Source of the DNA: an uncultured delta proteobacterium
GTDB taxonomy: Bacteria > Myxococcota_A > Polyangia > Polyangiales > Polyangiaceae
Length of the DNA: 64,000 nucleotides
Assembly: GCA_963841435.1 (NCBI GenBank)
Contig: CAWJCS010000003.1
Coordinates: 640,001-704,000 of the forward strand
Reading direction: 5' to 3'
Position numbers and translations under genes: made by a program. The stretch's first letter is position 1, and every line of letters starts with the position of its first letter. This document shows, in pieces, positions 32,088 to 42,375 of the stretch. The notes below the pieces were generated by a model. It searched no databases, was not told where the DNA came from, and saw only the letters and a program-made list of their open reading frames with translations.

Positions 32088-32212
32088 GCTCTCTCTCCCT
32101 TTTCTGCGCCCGAGGCTGCGCTGCCTTTGGGGCGCCGTTCGTGGTGCGGCAACGACTCGAGGTTTACCCATGCAAATCCGTTGGCGGTACCCGCAAAATG
32201 TGGGCTTGTGCT

Positions 32213-32226
32213 ATGCATATATGCAT
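32213..32226. promoter_or_regulatory. Perfect 14-bp palindrome at the LysR start (probable autoregulatory site)
   Basis: ATGCATATATGCAT between divergent genes. Confidence 0.55.
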
Positions 32227-33181
32227 GCCATGGCGCTCGATTGCCTTCGACTGGAATCACGCGCGGGCCTTCCTCGTGAGCGCCGAAACGGGGTCGTTCT
32301 CGGCGGCGGCGCGCGAAATCGGGCTCACGCAGCCGACGCTCGGGCGTCAGGTGGCCGCGCTCGAGGAGGAGCTCGGCGTCACGCTGTTCGAGCGAGTCGG
32401 CAAACGCCTCGAGCTCACCACGAGCGGGCTCGAGCTCGTCGAGCACGTGCGGGCGATGGGTGAGGCCGCGTCGCGCGTCTCGCTCGGTGCTGCCGGGCAG
32501 TCATCGGCCATCGACGGCATCGTGCGCATCGCAGCGAGCCAGGCGGTGTCGGCCTTCTTGTTACCGCCCATCGTCGGGCGGCTTCGGCGGGATTATCCCG
32601 GCATCGAGGTCGAGCTGGTCGTGTCCAACGCGACGAGCGATCTGCGCCGCCGCGAGGCGGACGTCGCCGTCCGTCACTTTCGCCCGAACGATGCGGACCT
32701 GGTCGCGCAGCGGGTCAAGGACGAGGGCGCCGCATGGATGTACGCGACACCGGCGTACATCAGGCAGCTCGGCAACCCCAAAACGCCGAGGCAACTCGCG
32801 AAGCACGCGGCGATCTTCGGCTTCGACGAGACCCCGCGCCTGCGCTCGCTTTTGAACGACTGGGGGCTCCCGGTCGAGGCGCGAAACTTTCCCGTCCGCA
32901 CGGACGATCACCTCGTGCAGTGGGAGCTGGCGAGGCGCGGCATGGGGATCTGCATCATGATGGAGGAGGTCGGGGACGCCGAGCCGCTCGTCAAGCGGCT
33001 CCTGCCGAGCTACCCGCCGCCCGTCACGCTGCCGACCTGGATCACGAGCCACCGCGAGGTGCGCACCAGCCGGCGCATTCGCGTCGTGTTCGATCGACTG
33101 GTCGCGGCGCTCACGCGCGGTGAGGTGAAAGCGAAAGGCGTGGGGATTGGTCGAGGCGACCTCGGTCCCTCACCGAAATGA
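32225..33181 (+). CDS. LysR family transcriptional regulator
   Basis: ARAFLVSAETGSFSAAAREIGLTQPTLGRQVAALEEELGVTLFER HTH; DLRRREADVAVR. Confidence 0.95.
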   Translation: MPWRSIAFDWNHARAFLVSAETGSFSAAAREIGLTQPTLGRQVAALEEELGVTLFERVGKRLELTTSGLELVEHVRAMGEAASRVSLGAAGQSSAIDGIVRIAASQAVSAFLLPPIVGRLRRDYPGIEVELVVSNATSDLRRREADVAVRHFRPNDADLVAQRVKDEGAAWMYATPAYIRQLGNPKTPRQLAKHAAIFGFDETPRLRSLLNDWGLPVEARNFPVRTDDHLVQWELARRGMGICIMMEEVGDAEPLVKRLLPSYPPPVTLPTWITSHREVRTSRRIRVVFDRLVAALTRGEVKAKGVGIGRGDLGPSPK

Positions 33182-33226
33182 AGCCGAGGCGCGCCGTTCC
33201 ACGGGGGGCCCGGAAACGTACGGCGC

Positions 33227-33658
33227 CTACGAGCGCGCCGGCTCCGCCTCGCAGACGCCCGCGACGGGCTTGACGTTCTTGCCGAGCAGGAACGCCGCCG
33301 GGCGGTACTCGTCGCCGCTCTTCACGAAGAGCTCGCCGGTCTTGCGGTAGGCGCAACCCACGATGTCGCCCTCGTGCCACTCCGCCGAGCCGAAGCGCAC
33401 GTCGACGGCGAAGGGGACGAACGCGCGCCCCCGCTTGTCAACCGACGCGCTCACCTGAAGGACCCGCACGCGGCGCTCGCGGGGGGGCGGCCGGGAGCGG
33501 GAAAAGCGGCTGCTTTCCCGCTGGGCGAGCGGCCGAACGAGCCCTTCCTGGACCCGGTGCTCGACCCAGGCGCCGAGCGACGGCTCAGCGGCCCAGGCGA
33601 GCGACGGGACGAACGACAGAGCGAGCGCGGACCAAAAGAGCGAGCGGAGAGAGTTCAC
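33227..33658 (-). CDS. Secreted hypothetical protein
   Basis: Signal peptide ending AWA; overlaps the upstream DUF2306 gene. Confidence 0.65.
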   Translation of the reverse strand: MNSLRSLFWSALALSFVPSLAWAAEPSLGAWVEHRVQEGLVRPLAQRESSRFSRSRPPPRERRVRVLQVSASVDKRGRAFVPFAVDVRFGSAEWHEGDIVGCAYRKTGELFVKSGDEYRPAAFLLGKNVKPVAGVCEAEPARS

Positions 33659-34319
33659 GGCGGATCCTTTCGAACGGAGGGAAGGCGCCCGGCGCAAGAG
33701 ACGCCCGGCGAAACGAAACGAGCTCGGCGATCGCGGCGCTACCGAGCACGGGGCCCCACAGTGCGACGACGTAGGCGAGATCCGGATCGACGCCGGCGGC
33801 ATCGAGCAGAAGGATGAGCACGCGCGAGGTGACCGCGACGCTCATCTGAGCCACGACGTGCCGCATGGCGCGCGCGTGCGACGCGAGGTCTCGACGGCGC
33901 GCCGAAAGGACCCCCGCGATCGTGCACGCCGCCACGATGGCCGCAGAGAGCAGAAAGCCGGCGGTCACGAGGCTCCCGCCCTTGGCGTCGAACGAAAGCA
34001 CGACCCCGGAGGGCACGAGCAAAAAGAGCACGAGCACCCCGGTGAGCCGCCCGAGGTTACGGTGCCACGCGGGCCGTCGCTGCAACGCCCGGGTCATGAG
34101 CAGGAGGCAGAGCGGGAACGAAAAAAGGGCGCTCGCGACGTGGATCCTGAGCGAGGCGAGCCAGAGCGCCTCGAATCGCACCGGGAGCTTCTCGATCACG
34201 AACTGCGGCAGCGTTTCGAAGTCGAAGTACTCGACGCTCGCGGCCGTGATCAACGCCGACCCGACCAGCATGACGAGCAAGAACGACCGGCGGGAAACCT
34301 CCGCCAAAAACCGCCGCAT
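33585..34319 (-). CDS. DUF2306 membrane protein
   Basis: Several TM helices; RIHVASA, WHRNLGR, HARAMR His motifs. Confidence 0.75.
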   Translation of the reverse strand: MRRFLAEVSRRSFLLVMLVGSALITAASVEYFDFETLPQFVIEKLPVRFEALWLASLRIHVASALFSFPLCLLLMTRALQRRPAWHRNLGRLTGVLVLFLLVPSGVVLSFDAKGGSLVTAGFLLSAAIVAACTIAGVLSARRRDLASHARAMRHVVAQMSVAVTSRVLILLLDAAGVDPDLAYVVALWGPVLGSAAIAELVSFRRASLAPGAFPPFERIRRELSPLALLVRARSVVRPVARLGR

Positions 34320-34561
34320 GCTCCCTTCGACGAACGGACATGCCAAAAGTTTTGGTCGCTCGCCGCCTTCCGGGCTCCGTGAGGCAAGCGAACGAGAAAT
34401 CGACGTTCGGTGGGAAGGGCTCGCACCCGCCGGACGTAGAAAGGCGATTCGGGCGCACGGGGCTCGCTACCCGGAAGCGCTCGAGCGGCTGACGGGGCGC
34501 GCTGCTGCACGGGTCTCGGCGAGAAAGCACGTCGGGCGCACGGCGCTCGGTCGAGCCAGCG

Positions 34562-35865
34562 TCACTGGACCGGCGGCAGGCTTCCGTCGGCGTTGCGCGG
34601 CGCCACCTTGGCTTGTTCCGAGGTGAGCCCCACGCTCGACTGCGGCGAGCAGCTCATCGAGCAAAAGTCGCCACTCGGGTTCGCGCGCACGGCGCAGTCG
34701 GTGGCCACGGGCGCGACGGGGTTGTTGTTGCGCGTGAAGCCGCAAGTCAGGTTCTCGAAGGACGCGTTGTGCGACACCTGATGCGCGGCGCCGCCCTGGT
34801 CGGTGCCGTTCGGCGCGCCGCCGAGCTTGAAGCCGTTGCCGTCGCCCGCCGGGTTCTGGCCGCCCACCTTGCCGTTGGAGAACGCCCAGCAGTTCTCGAT
34901 CACCACGACGTCGTTCGAGGCGAAAAGATCCCAGCCGTCGTCGGCGTTGTTCCACGCCCGGCAGCCGCGGAACACGTTGCCCGGACCGATGCGCAGCTTG
35001 GCGGCGAAGCCGTCGGCGTTCTCCCCACCCGTCGCTCGATCGAAGTTTTCGTACGAATCACAGTTCAAGATGAGATTGTCCGCGCCGTAGGCGTCGTTGC
35101 CCGCCTGGCTCGAGCCCACCGTGATCTGAAGGCCCGTGTCTTCGTTGCCGTGCAGCACGACGTCCTCGATGATGTTGTGCGAGCCGCTGATGGCGATGCC
35201 GTTGTCGCCGGCGTTGGCGACCTCGATGCCGCGGATGTGCCAGTAGTTGCCGCTGAGCTCGATGCCGCGGTTGCTGCTGCCGCGTGGCTGCGACGCGAAG
35301 TCGAGGAGCGGCCGACTGCCGGGCGTCCCGGAGAGCACGATGGGCGCCAGCTCGGTGCCGTTCTTCGTGAGCTGGGCCGTGCTGCCGGACGTGTACGTTC
35401 CGGGTGCCATCCAGATGGTCCTGCCTGCGCTCACCGCTGAGTCTGCGCGATTGAGCGTGCGATACGGCGCTGCCTGAGTGCCGGGATTCGTGTCGTTTCC
35501 GTCGGGCGCGACGTAGATGTCGTCGGGTGAGCCCGCGGTCGCGCCCGCCGCACCGGTTCCGCCGGAAGACGTGCCGGCGCCGGCCGTGCCACCTGGCGAG
35601 ATGCCGCCGCTCGTTCCGCCGGTCGAAGTGCCGCCGGCGCCCGCTCCAGCCGTCGCCATCGACGAGCCGCCGGTGCCTCCGCCCGCGGCGGCGCTTCCGG
35701 CGGTGCCGCTCGCGCCCCCACTGCCCATGCCGCCGCTCCCTGGCGGGGCGCCCCCCGGGACGAGGGTGCTCGACCGTCCGCGCCGCAGCCAGCAACCATG
35801 CCTGCGAGCCAAACGACGAGCGCGCCGCGCAACGTCACCCAAACGCCAGCTCGGTTGTTTTGCAT
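34562..35865 (-). CDS. PL9 pectate lyase lipoprotein; frameshift near 35750-35775
   Basis: YVAPDGNDTNPGT, ENADGFAAKL, NADDGWD, GDGNGFKLGG; signal ending VAGC in frame 35431..35865. Confidence 0.88.
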
Positions 35866-36052
35866 CGTGCGCCGTTTGCTTGGGCCCTCACCGAAGAGTT
35901 GCTCTCGCGGGGCTCGGGCGTTCAGCGAATCGTCGGGGCTCGGCGTCGAGCAGCCACGTCCCCGCGTGGTTCCAGACGAGGGTCAAAATTGTAGGTGGCG
36001 GGCGAGCTTTTCAACGCCCGTTCCGGAGGTCGGCCGTGGCGGCGCGAGCGGC

Positions 36053-36313
36053 TCAGCGTCGCCGGCGTCCGCGACGCGCGCCGCGTCGCCTCGAAATGAG
36101 AACGAGGGCCACGATCGGCGCGAGGACGAGACCTGCCAGGCCGGCAAGCGTTCCGAAAACCGCGCTGTCGAAGTCGCGACCGTAAGCGCCGGGCGACGAG
36201 GAGCTCTGGCCATAGAGGAAACCCACGAGCACCGCGAGAACGGGGATCGCGACGACGAGCGCCAGGATGCGCAACGCCCCCGACCGCTTGGGTGGTGGGC
36301 GATGATGATCCAT
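36053..36313 (-). CDS. Small two-TM membrane protein
   Basis: Two hydrophobic segments and a basic tail. Confidence 0.5.
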   Translation of the reverse strand: MDHHRPPPKRSGALRILALVVAIPVLAVLVGFLYGQSSSSPGAYGRDFDSAVFGTLAGLAGLVLAPIVALVLISRRRGARRGRRRR

Positions 36314-36413
36314 GAAGCGGGAACTCACCGACCGTCAGGGTACGGCATTTCTGAGCCGAAGGGCGCGGTCGACGCGCCTTATTCGGGGCCACCGAGGTAG
36401 CCTGAGGTCGAGG

Positions 36414-37949
36414 ATGATGCCGTCGAAGCGTTACACGAACCCCGTCGTCCCTGGATTCCATCCCGATCCGAGCGTGTGTCGCGTCGGCACCGATTATTTT
36501 CTGGTGTGCTCGAGCTTCGAATATTTCCCGGGGATACCGATCTTTCAGAGCACCGATCTCGTCAACTGGAACAAAATCGGCCATTGCCTGACGCGTACCG
36601 AGCAGCTCTCGCTCGACGGCTGCGCCGCGTCGGGCGGCATCTGGGCACCGACGATCCGGCATCATCGCGGTGAGTTCTTCGTCACGAGCACGCACAGGGA
36701 AGGCGGGGGCAACTTCATCGTGCGCGCGAGCGACCCCGCGGGGCCCTGGTCGAACCCCAGTTGGGTCGAGCAGCCCGGCATCGATCCCTCGCTGTTCTTC
36801 GACGACGACGGAACCGTGCTGTACACGACGGCGCACTTTGGCGCTTTTCAGAGCGCCATCGACATCGACACGGGCAAGGTGCTCAAGCCGCCGACCCGCG
36901 TGTGGTCGGGAACGGGCGGCCAGCATCCGGAGGGCCCCCATCTTTTGCGCCGGGGCGACGACTACTACCTGCTGCTTGCCGAAGGCGGCACCGAACAGGG
37001 GCACATGGTCACCATGGCACGCAGCAAAACGCCCTGGGGGCCTTTCGAGACCAGTGCGCGCAACCCGCTGCTCACCCATCGCAGCTACCAGAGCCCCATT
37101 CAGATGACGGGCCACGCCGACATCGTGGAGGCGCACGACGGCAGCCATTTCATGGTGTTCCTCGCGACGCGGCCGAACGGCTACCCGCCTTGCTATCACC
37201 TCGGTCGCGAAACGTTCCTCGCCCCGATGCGCTGGGCAGACGACGGCTTCCCCGTGGTGGGCAACCACGGTCGCGTTGCGCTCGAGATGGACTCGAGCCT
37301 GCTCGGCCCCACGCCGCCGGCGGAGCCCGTGCGCGACGACTTCGATGCTCCCGAGCTTTCGCTCGCCTGGACCTTCCTCAGAAAAAATGACCCGAGCACG
37401 TGGTCGCTCGCCGAGCGGCCCGGATGGCTGAGGCTGCGCGGCAACGAAAAGACGCTCGACGACGCCGCAACCCCGGCGTGGGTGGGGCGGCGCCAGCAGC
37501 ACTTCGCCGTCGCCATGCGTACCAGGCTCGAGTTTTCTCCGACCACGGAGCGCGAGGAGGCCGGCCTCGTCGTGCGCATGAACGAGACGCACCACTACGA
37601 GATCTTCGTCACGCGCCGCGCCGGGGAGCCCTGCGTGGTGCTGCGGCGACGCATCGGGTCGCTCGTAGCCGAGACCGCGCGTGAGCCGCTCGACGCGGAG
37701 GCGTTGCGAGCGGGCGTCGTGCTCGCCATCACCGCCGACCGCGACACGTACACCTTCTCGTTCGGCCCCGATCTCGAGCGCACGAGGCCGCTCGGGCGCG
37801 GCGAAACACGCTACCTTTCCACCGAGGTCGCCGGTGGCTTCACCGGGGTTTTCGCCGCCCTCTATGCGACGGGCAGCGGTGAGCCCTGCCGCGGCCCGGC
37901 CGACTTCGACTGGTTCGACTACGTGGTAGAGGACGGCGCAACGCCGTGA
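36414..37949 (+). CDS. GH43 beta-xylosidase/alpha-arabinofuranosidase, no signal peptide
   Basis: PGFHPDPS, SSFEYFPG, WAP, IDPSLF, EGPH, GHAD, LGRETFL; C-terminal GGFTG domain. Confidence 0.93.
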   Translation: MMPSKRYTNPVVPGFHPDPSVCRVGTDYFLVCSSFEYFPGIPIFQSTDLVNWNKIGHCLTRTEQLSLDGCAASGGIWAPTIRHHRGEFFVTSTHREGGGNFIVRASDPAGPWSNPSWVEQPGIDPSLFFDDDGTVLYTTAHFGAFQSAIDIDTGKVLKPPTRVWSGTGGQHPEGPHLLRRGDDYYLLLAEGGTEQGHMVTMARSKTPWGPFETSARNPLLTHRSYQSPIQMTGHADIVEAHDGSHFMVFLATRPNGYPPCYHLGRETFLAPMRWADDGFPVVGNHGRVALEMDSSLLGPTPPAEPVRDDFDAPELSLAWTFLRKNDPSTWSLAERPGWLRLRGNEKTLDDAATPAWVGRRQQHFAVAMRTRLEFSPTTEREEAGLVVRMNETHHYEIFVTRRAGEPCVVLRRRIGSLVAETAREPLDAEALRAGVVLAITADRDTYTFSFGPDLERTRPLGRGETRYLSTEVAGGFTGVFAALYATGSGEPCRGPADFDWFDYVVEDGATP

Positions 37950-39421
37950 TCGCGTTCGACAACAGCTACGCGCGCCTGCCCGAGCGCTTCTACGCGCGCG
38001 TTGCCGCGACGAAAGCGCCGAGGCCACGCCTCGTGAAGCTCAATCGGGCCCTCGCCGCGCTGATCGGCGCCGACGTCGAGCTGCTCGCGTCGCCGGCGGG
38101 GGCGGACCTGCTCGCCGGCAACGTGGTGCCCGACGGCGCGGAGCCGATCTCGCTCGCCTACGCCGGGCACCAGTTCGGCGGCTTCGTGCCGATGCTCGGT
38201 GACGGACGCGCCATTCTCCTCGGGGAGGTGGTGGGCGCCAACGGGCAGCGCTGGGACGTGCAGCTCAAGGGTGCCGGGCGAACACCCTTTTCGCGACGCG
38301 GCGACGGGCGCGCGGCCCTCGGCCCCGTGCTGCGCGAGTACGTCGTGAGCGAGGCCATGGCAGCCCTCGGCATACCGACGACGCGGGCGCTCGCCGCCGT
38401 CACGACGGGCGAGGACATAGTCCGCGACGGGCTGCTCCCGGGGGCCGTCCTCACGCGCGTCGCCGCGAGCCACATTCGCGTCGGAACGTTTCAGTTCTTC
38501 GCGAACCGTGGCGACCAGGAAGCCCTGCGGATCCTCACGGCGCACGCGCTCGCGCGGCACTACCCGGCCGCCGCGGGCACGGGCAACGACGCCCTCGCCC
38601 TGCTCGAGAAGGTCATCGACGCCCAGGCGGATTTGGTTGCCCGCTGGCTCGGGGTCGGTTTCGTGCACGGCGTGATGAACACCGACAACACGGCCATCTC
38701 GGGCGAAACGCTCGACTTTGGCCCCTGTGCGTTCCTCGACGAATACGACCCCGAAAAGACGTTCAGCTCCATCGACCACGGCGGCCGCTACGCGTTCTCG
38801 AACCAGCCGCGCATCGCGCTCTGGAATCTCGCGCGCCTCGGCGAGGCGCTCCTCCCTCTCGTCTCGCCGAACGTCGACGAAGCCGTTCGCGTCGCGAGCG
38901 AAGCGCTCGCCCGCTATGAGCCGCGCTTCGAACGAGCGCACCTCGACGTGATGCGCGCGAAGCTCGGCCTGACACCCCGGGACGAGGACGCACAAGACGC
39001 GGCGCTCGTCGAGCGTCTGCTCGCGCTGCTCGCCGCTCGGCGGGTCGACTACACGCTCTTCTTCCGCCGTCTGTGCGAGCTCGCCGACGCGTCGTCGGAC
39101 TCGACGCTCGCGCCGCTGTTCGAGGGGGACGAAGGCGCCATTCGCACGTGGCTTTCGGCGTGGCGCCAAAGGCTCGCCGCCGAAGCGGAACCGACGGTCG
39201 CGCGCGTCGCGAGAATGCGCCGCTCCAATCCGGCCTTCATTCCGAGGAATCATCGCGTCGAAGAGGCGATCGAGGCCGCGGTGCGACACGGTGACTTCGA
39301 GCCCTTCGAAACGCTCGTACGAGTCCTCGAGCGGCCCTACGACGACCAGCCCGAGGCCGTCCATCTGGCCGAGCCTCCACGTCCGGAAGAGCGCGTTCTC
39401 CGAACGTTCTGCGGTACGTGA
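37946..39421 (+). CDS. selO: Protein adenylyltransferase SelO/YdiU
   Basis: YAGHQFG..LGDGRA, QLKGAG.TPFSRRGDGRA, GFVHGVMNTDN, TFCGT. Confidence 0.95.
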   Translation: MIAFDNSYARLPERFYARVAATKAPRPRLVKLNRALAALIGADVELLASPAGADLLAGNVVPDGAEPISLAYAGHQFGGFVPMLGDGRAILLGEVVGANGQRWDVQLKGAGRTPFSRRGDGRAALGPVLREYVVSEAMAALGIPTTRALAAVTTGEDIVRDGLLPGAVLTRVAASHIRVGTFQFFANRGDQEALRILTAHALARHYPAAAGTGNDALALLEKVIDAQADLVARWLGVGFVHGVMNTDNTAISGETLDFGPCAFLDEYDPEKTFSSIDHGGRYAFSNQPRIALWNLARLGEALLPLVSPNVDEAVRVASEALARYEPRFERAHLDVMRAKLGLTPRDEDAQDAALVERLLALLAARRVDYTLFFRRLCELADASSDSTLAPLFEGDEGAIRTWLSAWRQRLAAEAEPTVARVARMRRSNPAFIPRNHRVEEAIEAAVRHGDFEPFETLVRVLERPYDDQPEAVHLAEPPRPEERVLRTFCGT

Positions 39422-39629
39422 CGAGCCGTCCCTCGCCGGTCCGGCTTCCCGCTGACGCTGGATCATTCTCAGCTGCGGCAATCTTCCCCACGCCCCGCCC
39501 GAGCTGCCGCTGCAGATACGCAAATGGATGAGCCGGCCGCGGCCCGCCGCGGACACAACGTGCTCAAGATAGTTGTCGGCGGTCGGTCGTCACATCGGCC
39601 CGGACGTTAGCCGCTTCGAGGTACAGGAC

Positions 39630-41153
39630 ATGAATCGAGCTCGAAATCACTGTCTCGCGATGGCGTCAACCTGCTGCGGGCTCTTCGCGGCCGTTCCCGC
39701 GAGCGCTGCGTCGGTCCAGCAGGTGAGCCGCGCCACCTGGGGCGCGAGCGGGGTTCCGAGCTACGTCAACATGTACATCTACGTACCGGACCAGCTCGCA
39801 GCGAATCCTCCCATCGTGGTCGCCTGCCACTCCTGCGGCACGCCCGTTTCCGGATACGTGAACAGCATCACGGGCATCCAGGCGGGGGCCGACGAGAACG
39901 GCTTCGTCCTCATCCTGCCCGAGGCCACGGGGCAAAACTGCTGGGACGTGGGCTCGACCAAATCGCTCACCCACGACGGTGGGGGCGACACGCAAGCCAT
40001 CGCGCAGATGGTGAAGTACGCGCTACAGAAGTACAGCGGCGACGCTTCGCGCGTGTACGCGATGGGCGGCTCGTCCGGGGCGATGATGACGCAAGCCTTG
40101 ATGGCCGTTTACCCCGATGTCTTCAAGGCCGGGTCGGCGAGGGCGGGTGTTGCGGCGGGCTGCTGGGCCGACGGCTACAGCAGTAGCAACCAGTGGAGCA
40201 ACAACTGCGCGGGAGGCACCACGACGAAGTCCGCGCAGCAGTGGGGAGACCTCGTGCGCTCGATGTATCCCGGCTACATGGGGCACCGTCCGCGCGTCCA
40301 GCTCTTTCACGGCACGGCGGACACGACCATCAACTACAAGAACCTGGCCGAGTCGATCAAAGAGTGGACGAACGTGCTCGGCCTCGACACCGCACCGACC
40401 TCGACCGACACGACGACGACGCCCATCTCCACCTACTCGCGGCAGTTCTGGCAGAACGCCTGCGGCTACACGGTTTTCGAGACGTGGGCAGGCCAGAACG
40501 GCACGCACTCGATGGCGTACGAGCAAGACGCCATCCTCGCCTTCTTCGGTCTCGACACGGCGGGCGGCCCCGATCCGGAGCCCGCCTGTCCACCTGAGGG
40601 CGGTGCCGGTGGCGCGGGAGGCATGGCCGGCGCGGGCGGAATCGGCGGCACCAGCGGCGCCAGCGGGGCGGGCCAAGGTGGTCTCGGCGGCCAGAGCGCA
40701 GGCGGCGCGGGCGCGGGCGCGGCGGCCGGTGGCGGTGGCATCGCGGGAAGCGCGGGTCTCGGCGGCACCGCGGGGGACGTCGGTTCCGGTGGCCTCGCCG
40801 GCTTCGGCGGAGCGAGTGGCGTCGCCGGTACCGCGGGCGGTGGAGCGGGCGCGAGCGCCGGTGTCGGTGGCACGAGCGCCGGCGGTACCGTGGGCAGCGG
40901 CGGCATGGGCGGCGCAGGCGGCAGCGCGACGGGCGGCACCAGCGGCGTCGGAGCAGGCGGGTTGCCGGGCGCGGGCACCGGCGGCAGCGCGGGGAGCGGC
41001 AACCCCGGCGCGAGCACCGCTGTCGAACCCGACGCGAGCGGGTGCGCCTGCGACATCGGGAAGACGAGGTCGAGGCCCGCCTACGGAGCGTTCGCCGCCA
41101 TCGGGTTTGCGCTCCTCGCGTTCCGGCGGCGCCACCGCGGCACGAAGCGCTGA
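39630..41153 (+). CDS. PHB-depolymerase-family/CE1 acetyl xylan esterase-like enzyme with MYXO-CTERM-type anchor
   Basis: [33 protein letters not shown]; Gly linker; SGCAC, TM helix, RRR. Confidence 0.88.
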   Translation: MNRARNHCLAMASTCCGLFAAVPASAASVQQVSRATWGASGVPSYVNMYIYVPDQLAANPPIVVACHSCGTPVSGYVNSITGIQAGADENGFVLILPEATGQNCWDVGSTKSLTHDGGGDTQAIAQMVKYALQKYSGDASRVYAMGGSSGAMMTQALMAVYPDVFKAGSARAGVAAGCWADGYSSSNQWSNNCAGGTTTKSAQQWGDLVRSMYPGYMGHRPRVQLFHGTADTTINYKNLAESIKEWTNVLGLDTAPTSTDTTTTPISTYSRQFWQNACGYTVFETWAGQNGTHSMAYEQDAILAFFGLDTAGGPDPEPACPPEGGAGGAGGMAGAGGIGGTSGASGAGQGGLGGQSAGGAGAGAAAGGGGIAGSAGLGGTAGDVGSGGLAGFGGASGVAGTAGGGAGASAGVGGTSAGGTVGSGGMGGAGGSATGGTSGVGAGGLPGAGTGGSAGSGNPGASTAVEPDASGCACDIGKTRSRPAYGAFAAIGFALLAFRRRHRGTKR

Positions 41154-41235
41154 CGCGAAGCGCGTCAGGTCGCGCCACGGGCGGACGAGCCGAACGCCCC
41201 AGTGGTGCTCGGAGAACAGCACCGTCCGTTCGTCG

Positions 41236-41838
41236 TCAGATCGGCGTCGGTGGCGCCACGGCGCCACCGCCAGACGGCTCGATCGTCGGATAGCGATCGA
41301 CGAGCGACAGGTGGTAACAGAAAAGACGGATCTGGTAGCGAACCGTGAGCTCGAGGAAATCGGCAAGGGCTTCGGGCACGCTCTCTTGCGCCAACACGAA
41401 GACGGCCGAGACCACCCACAGCATGCCGGCGACGAACGAGAGCATCGCGAGCACCACGACTGCCGGAATGCTGTAGAGGATGCGGAGCAATGCCGACGAA
41501 GCGGTCGGCGACCCGCACGGGGAAACCTCGAGCTCCACGGACCCTTCTCGTTCGAGCTCCGGGACGGAGTCGGTGAGCAACCAGAGGTACGCGTACAGGC
41601 CAGCGACCCAGCGCAAGAGGTGCGCGATCTTCGGTGCCTCCTCGCCGAGATAGCGCTCCCGGCCACGTTCCACGATGACCCAGGCGGCCACCGCGGGAAG
41701 CGCGACATAAAGCAGCCAGTAGAGGGAGGAGAAGCCGACCGCGCCGAGAGCCATCAGCAGCACGAGCCGGATCGCGACGTGAACGCGCTTGAGGCGGGTT
41801 GGACGGACGACGTGAAAACGAACCGGGTGCGGGGCCAT
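41236..41838 (-). CDS. DUF4389 membrane protein
   Basis: Two repeats ending AYLWLLTDSVP and YHLSLVDRYP. Confidence 0.75.
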   Translation of the reverse strand: MAPHPVRFHVVRPTRLKRVHVAIRLVLLMALGAVGFSSLYWLLYVALPAVAAWVIVERGRERYLGEEAPKIAHLLRWVAGLYAYLWLLTDSVPELEREGSVELEVSPCGSPTASSALLRILYSIPAVVVLAMLSFVAGMLWVVSAVFVLAQESVPEALADFLELTVRYQIRLFCYHLSLVDRYPTIEPSGGGAVAPPTPI

Positions 41839-41852
41839 GATTTTATGGAAGT

Positions 41853-41867
41853 GCAAGTCCCGGACCG
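41853..41867 (-). promoter_or_regulatory. Candidate sigma54 promoter
   Basis: CGGTCCGGGACTTGC (GG-N10-GC) 14 nt before the ATG. Confidence 0.35.
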
Positions 41868-42375
41868 GATCGCGTCAGGCAATTTGGCAGCGCGTACCAG
41901 CGGCGTTGCCAGCAAAAGTTGCAGTCGCTCACCGCACACGGGCCATAGAGCCCCGGCGGGGCGCGCGCGGGCGCCTTGCCGCTGTGGCCTCGCTCGATAG
42001 AGCAGGTGGACTACGAGCGCGCTCGTCCACCAGCGCATCCGGGTGGCCTCCCGAGCGCGAGCGTCCGCGTCGAAGCTCGCCGACCTCCGAAAGTGCCGAT
42101 GCGCTCGCGGCGCTGTGCTCGGTGTCGAGAGCGAACGGGCGTTCCGTCGAGGACTCGAGCCACGCTCGAGTCGCGCACGACGAGAGCAGCCGGCGTCACC
42201 CAGGTCGACGCAGCTCGGCGGCAGCGCTCATAAGTGGACCGAGAGCAGAGCGCGGCGGTCAGAAATTGAGAAGATTCGGCGCGAAAATGAAGTGGTCCGA
42301 AAAAACTGAAAGCCTGAAGGATGCCGGGCCTCCTGGACACGAACGCTGTTTCGCGGAAGGCTCCACGGCGACACC

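Noticed and set aside
35922-38027. Long antisense and alternate-frame ORFs (also 5468..7069, 9724..11598, 11556..13406, 24084..26315, 44761..46770)
   Set aside because: Shadow ORFs typical of high-GC genes, overlapping better-supported CDS
39410-39480. Selenocysteine read-through at the selO TGA
   Set aside because: TFCGT is a normal bacterial ending, with Cys at the Sec-equivalent site; no clear SECIS
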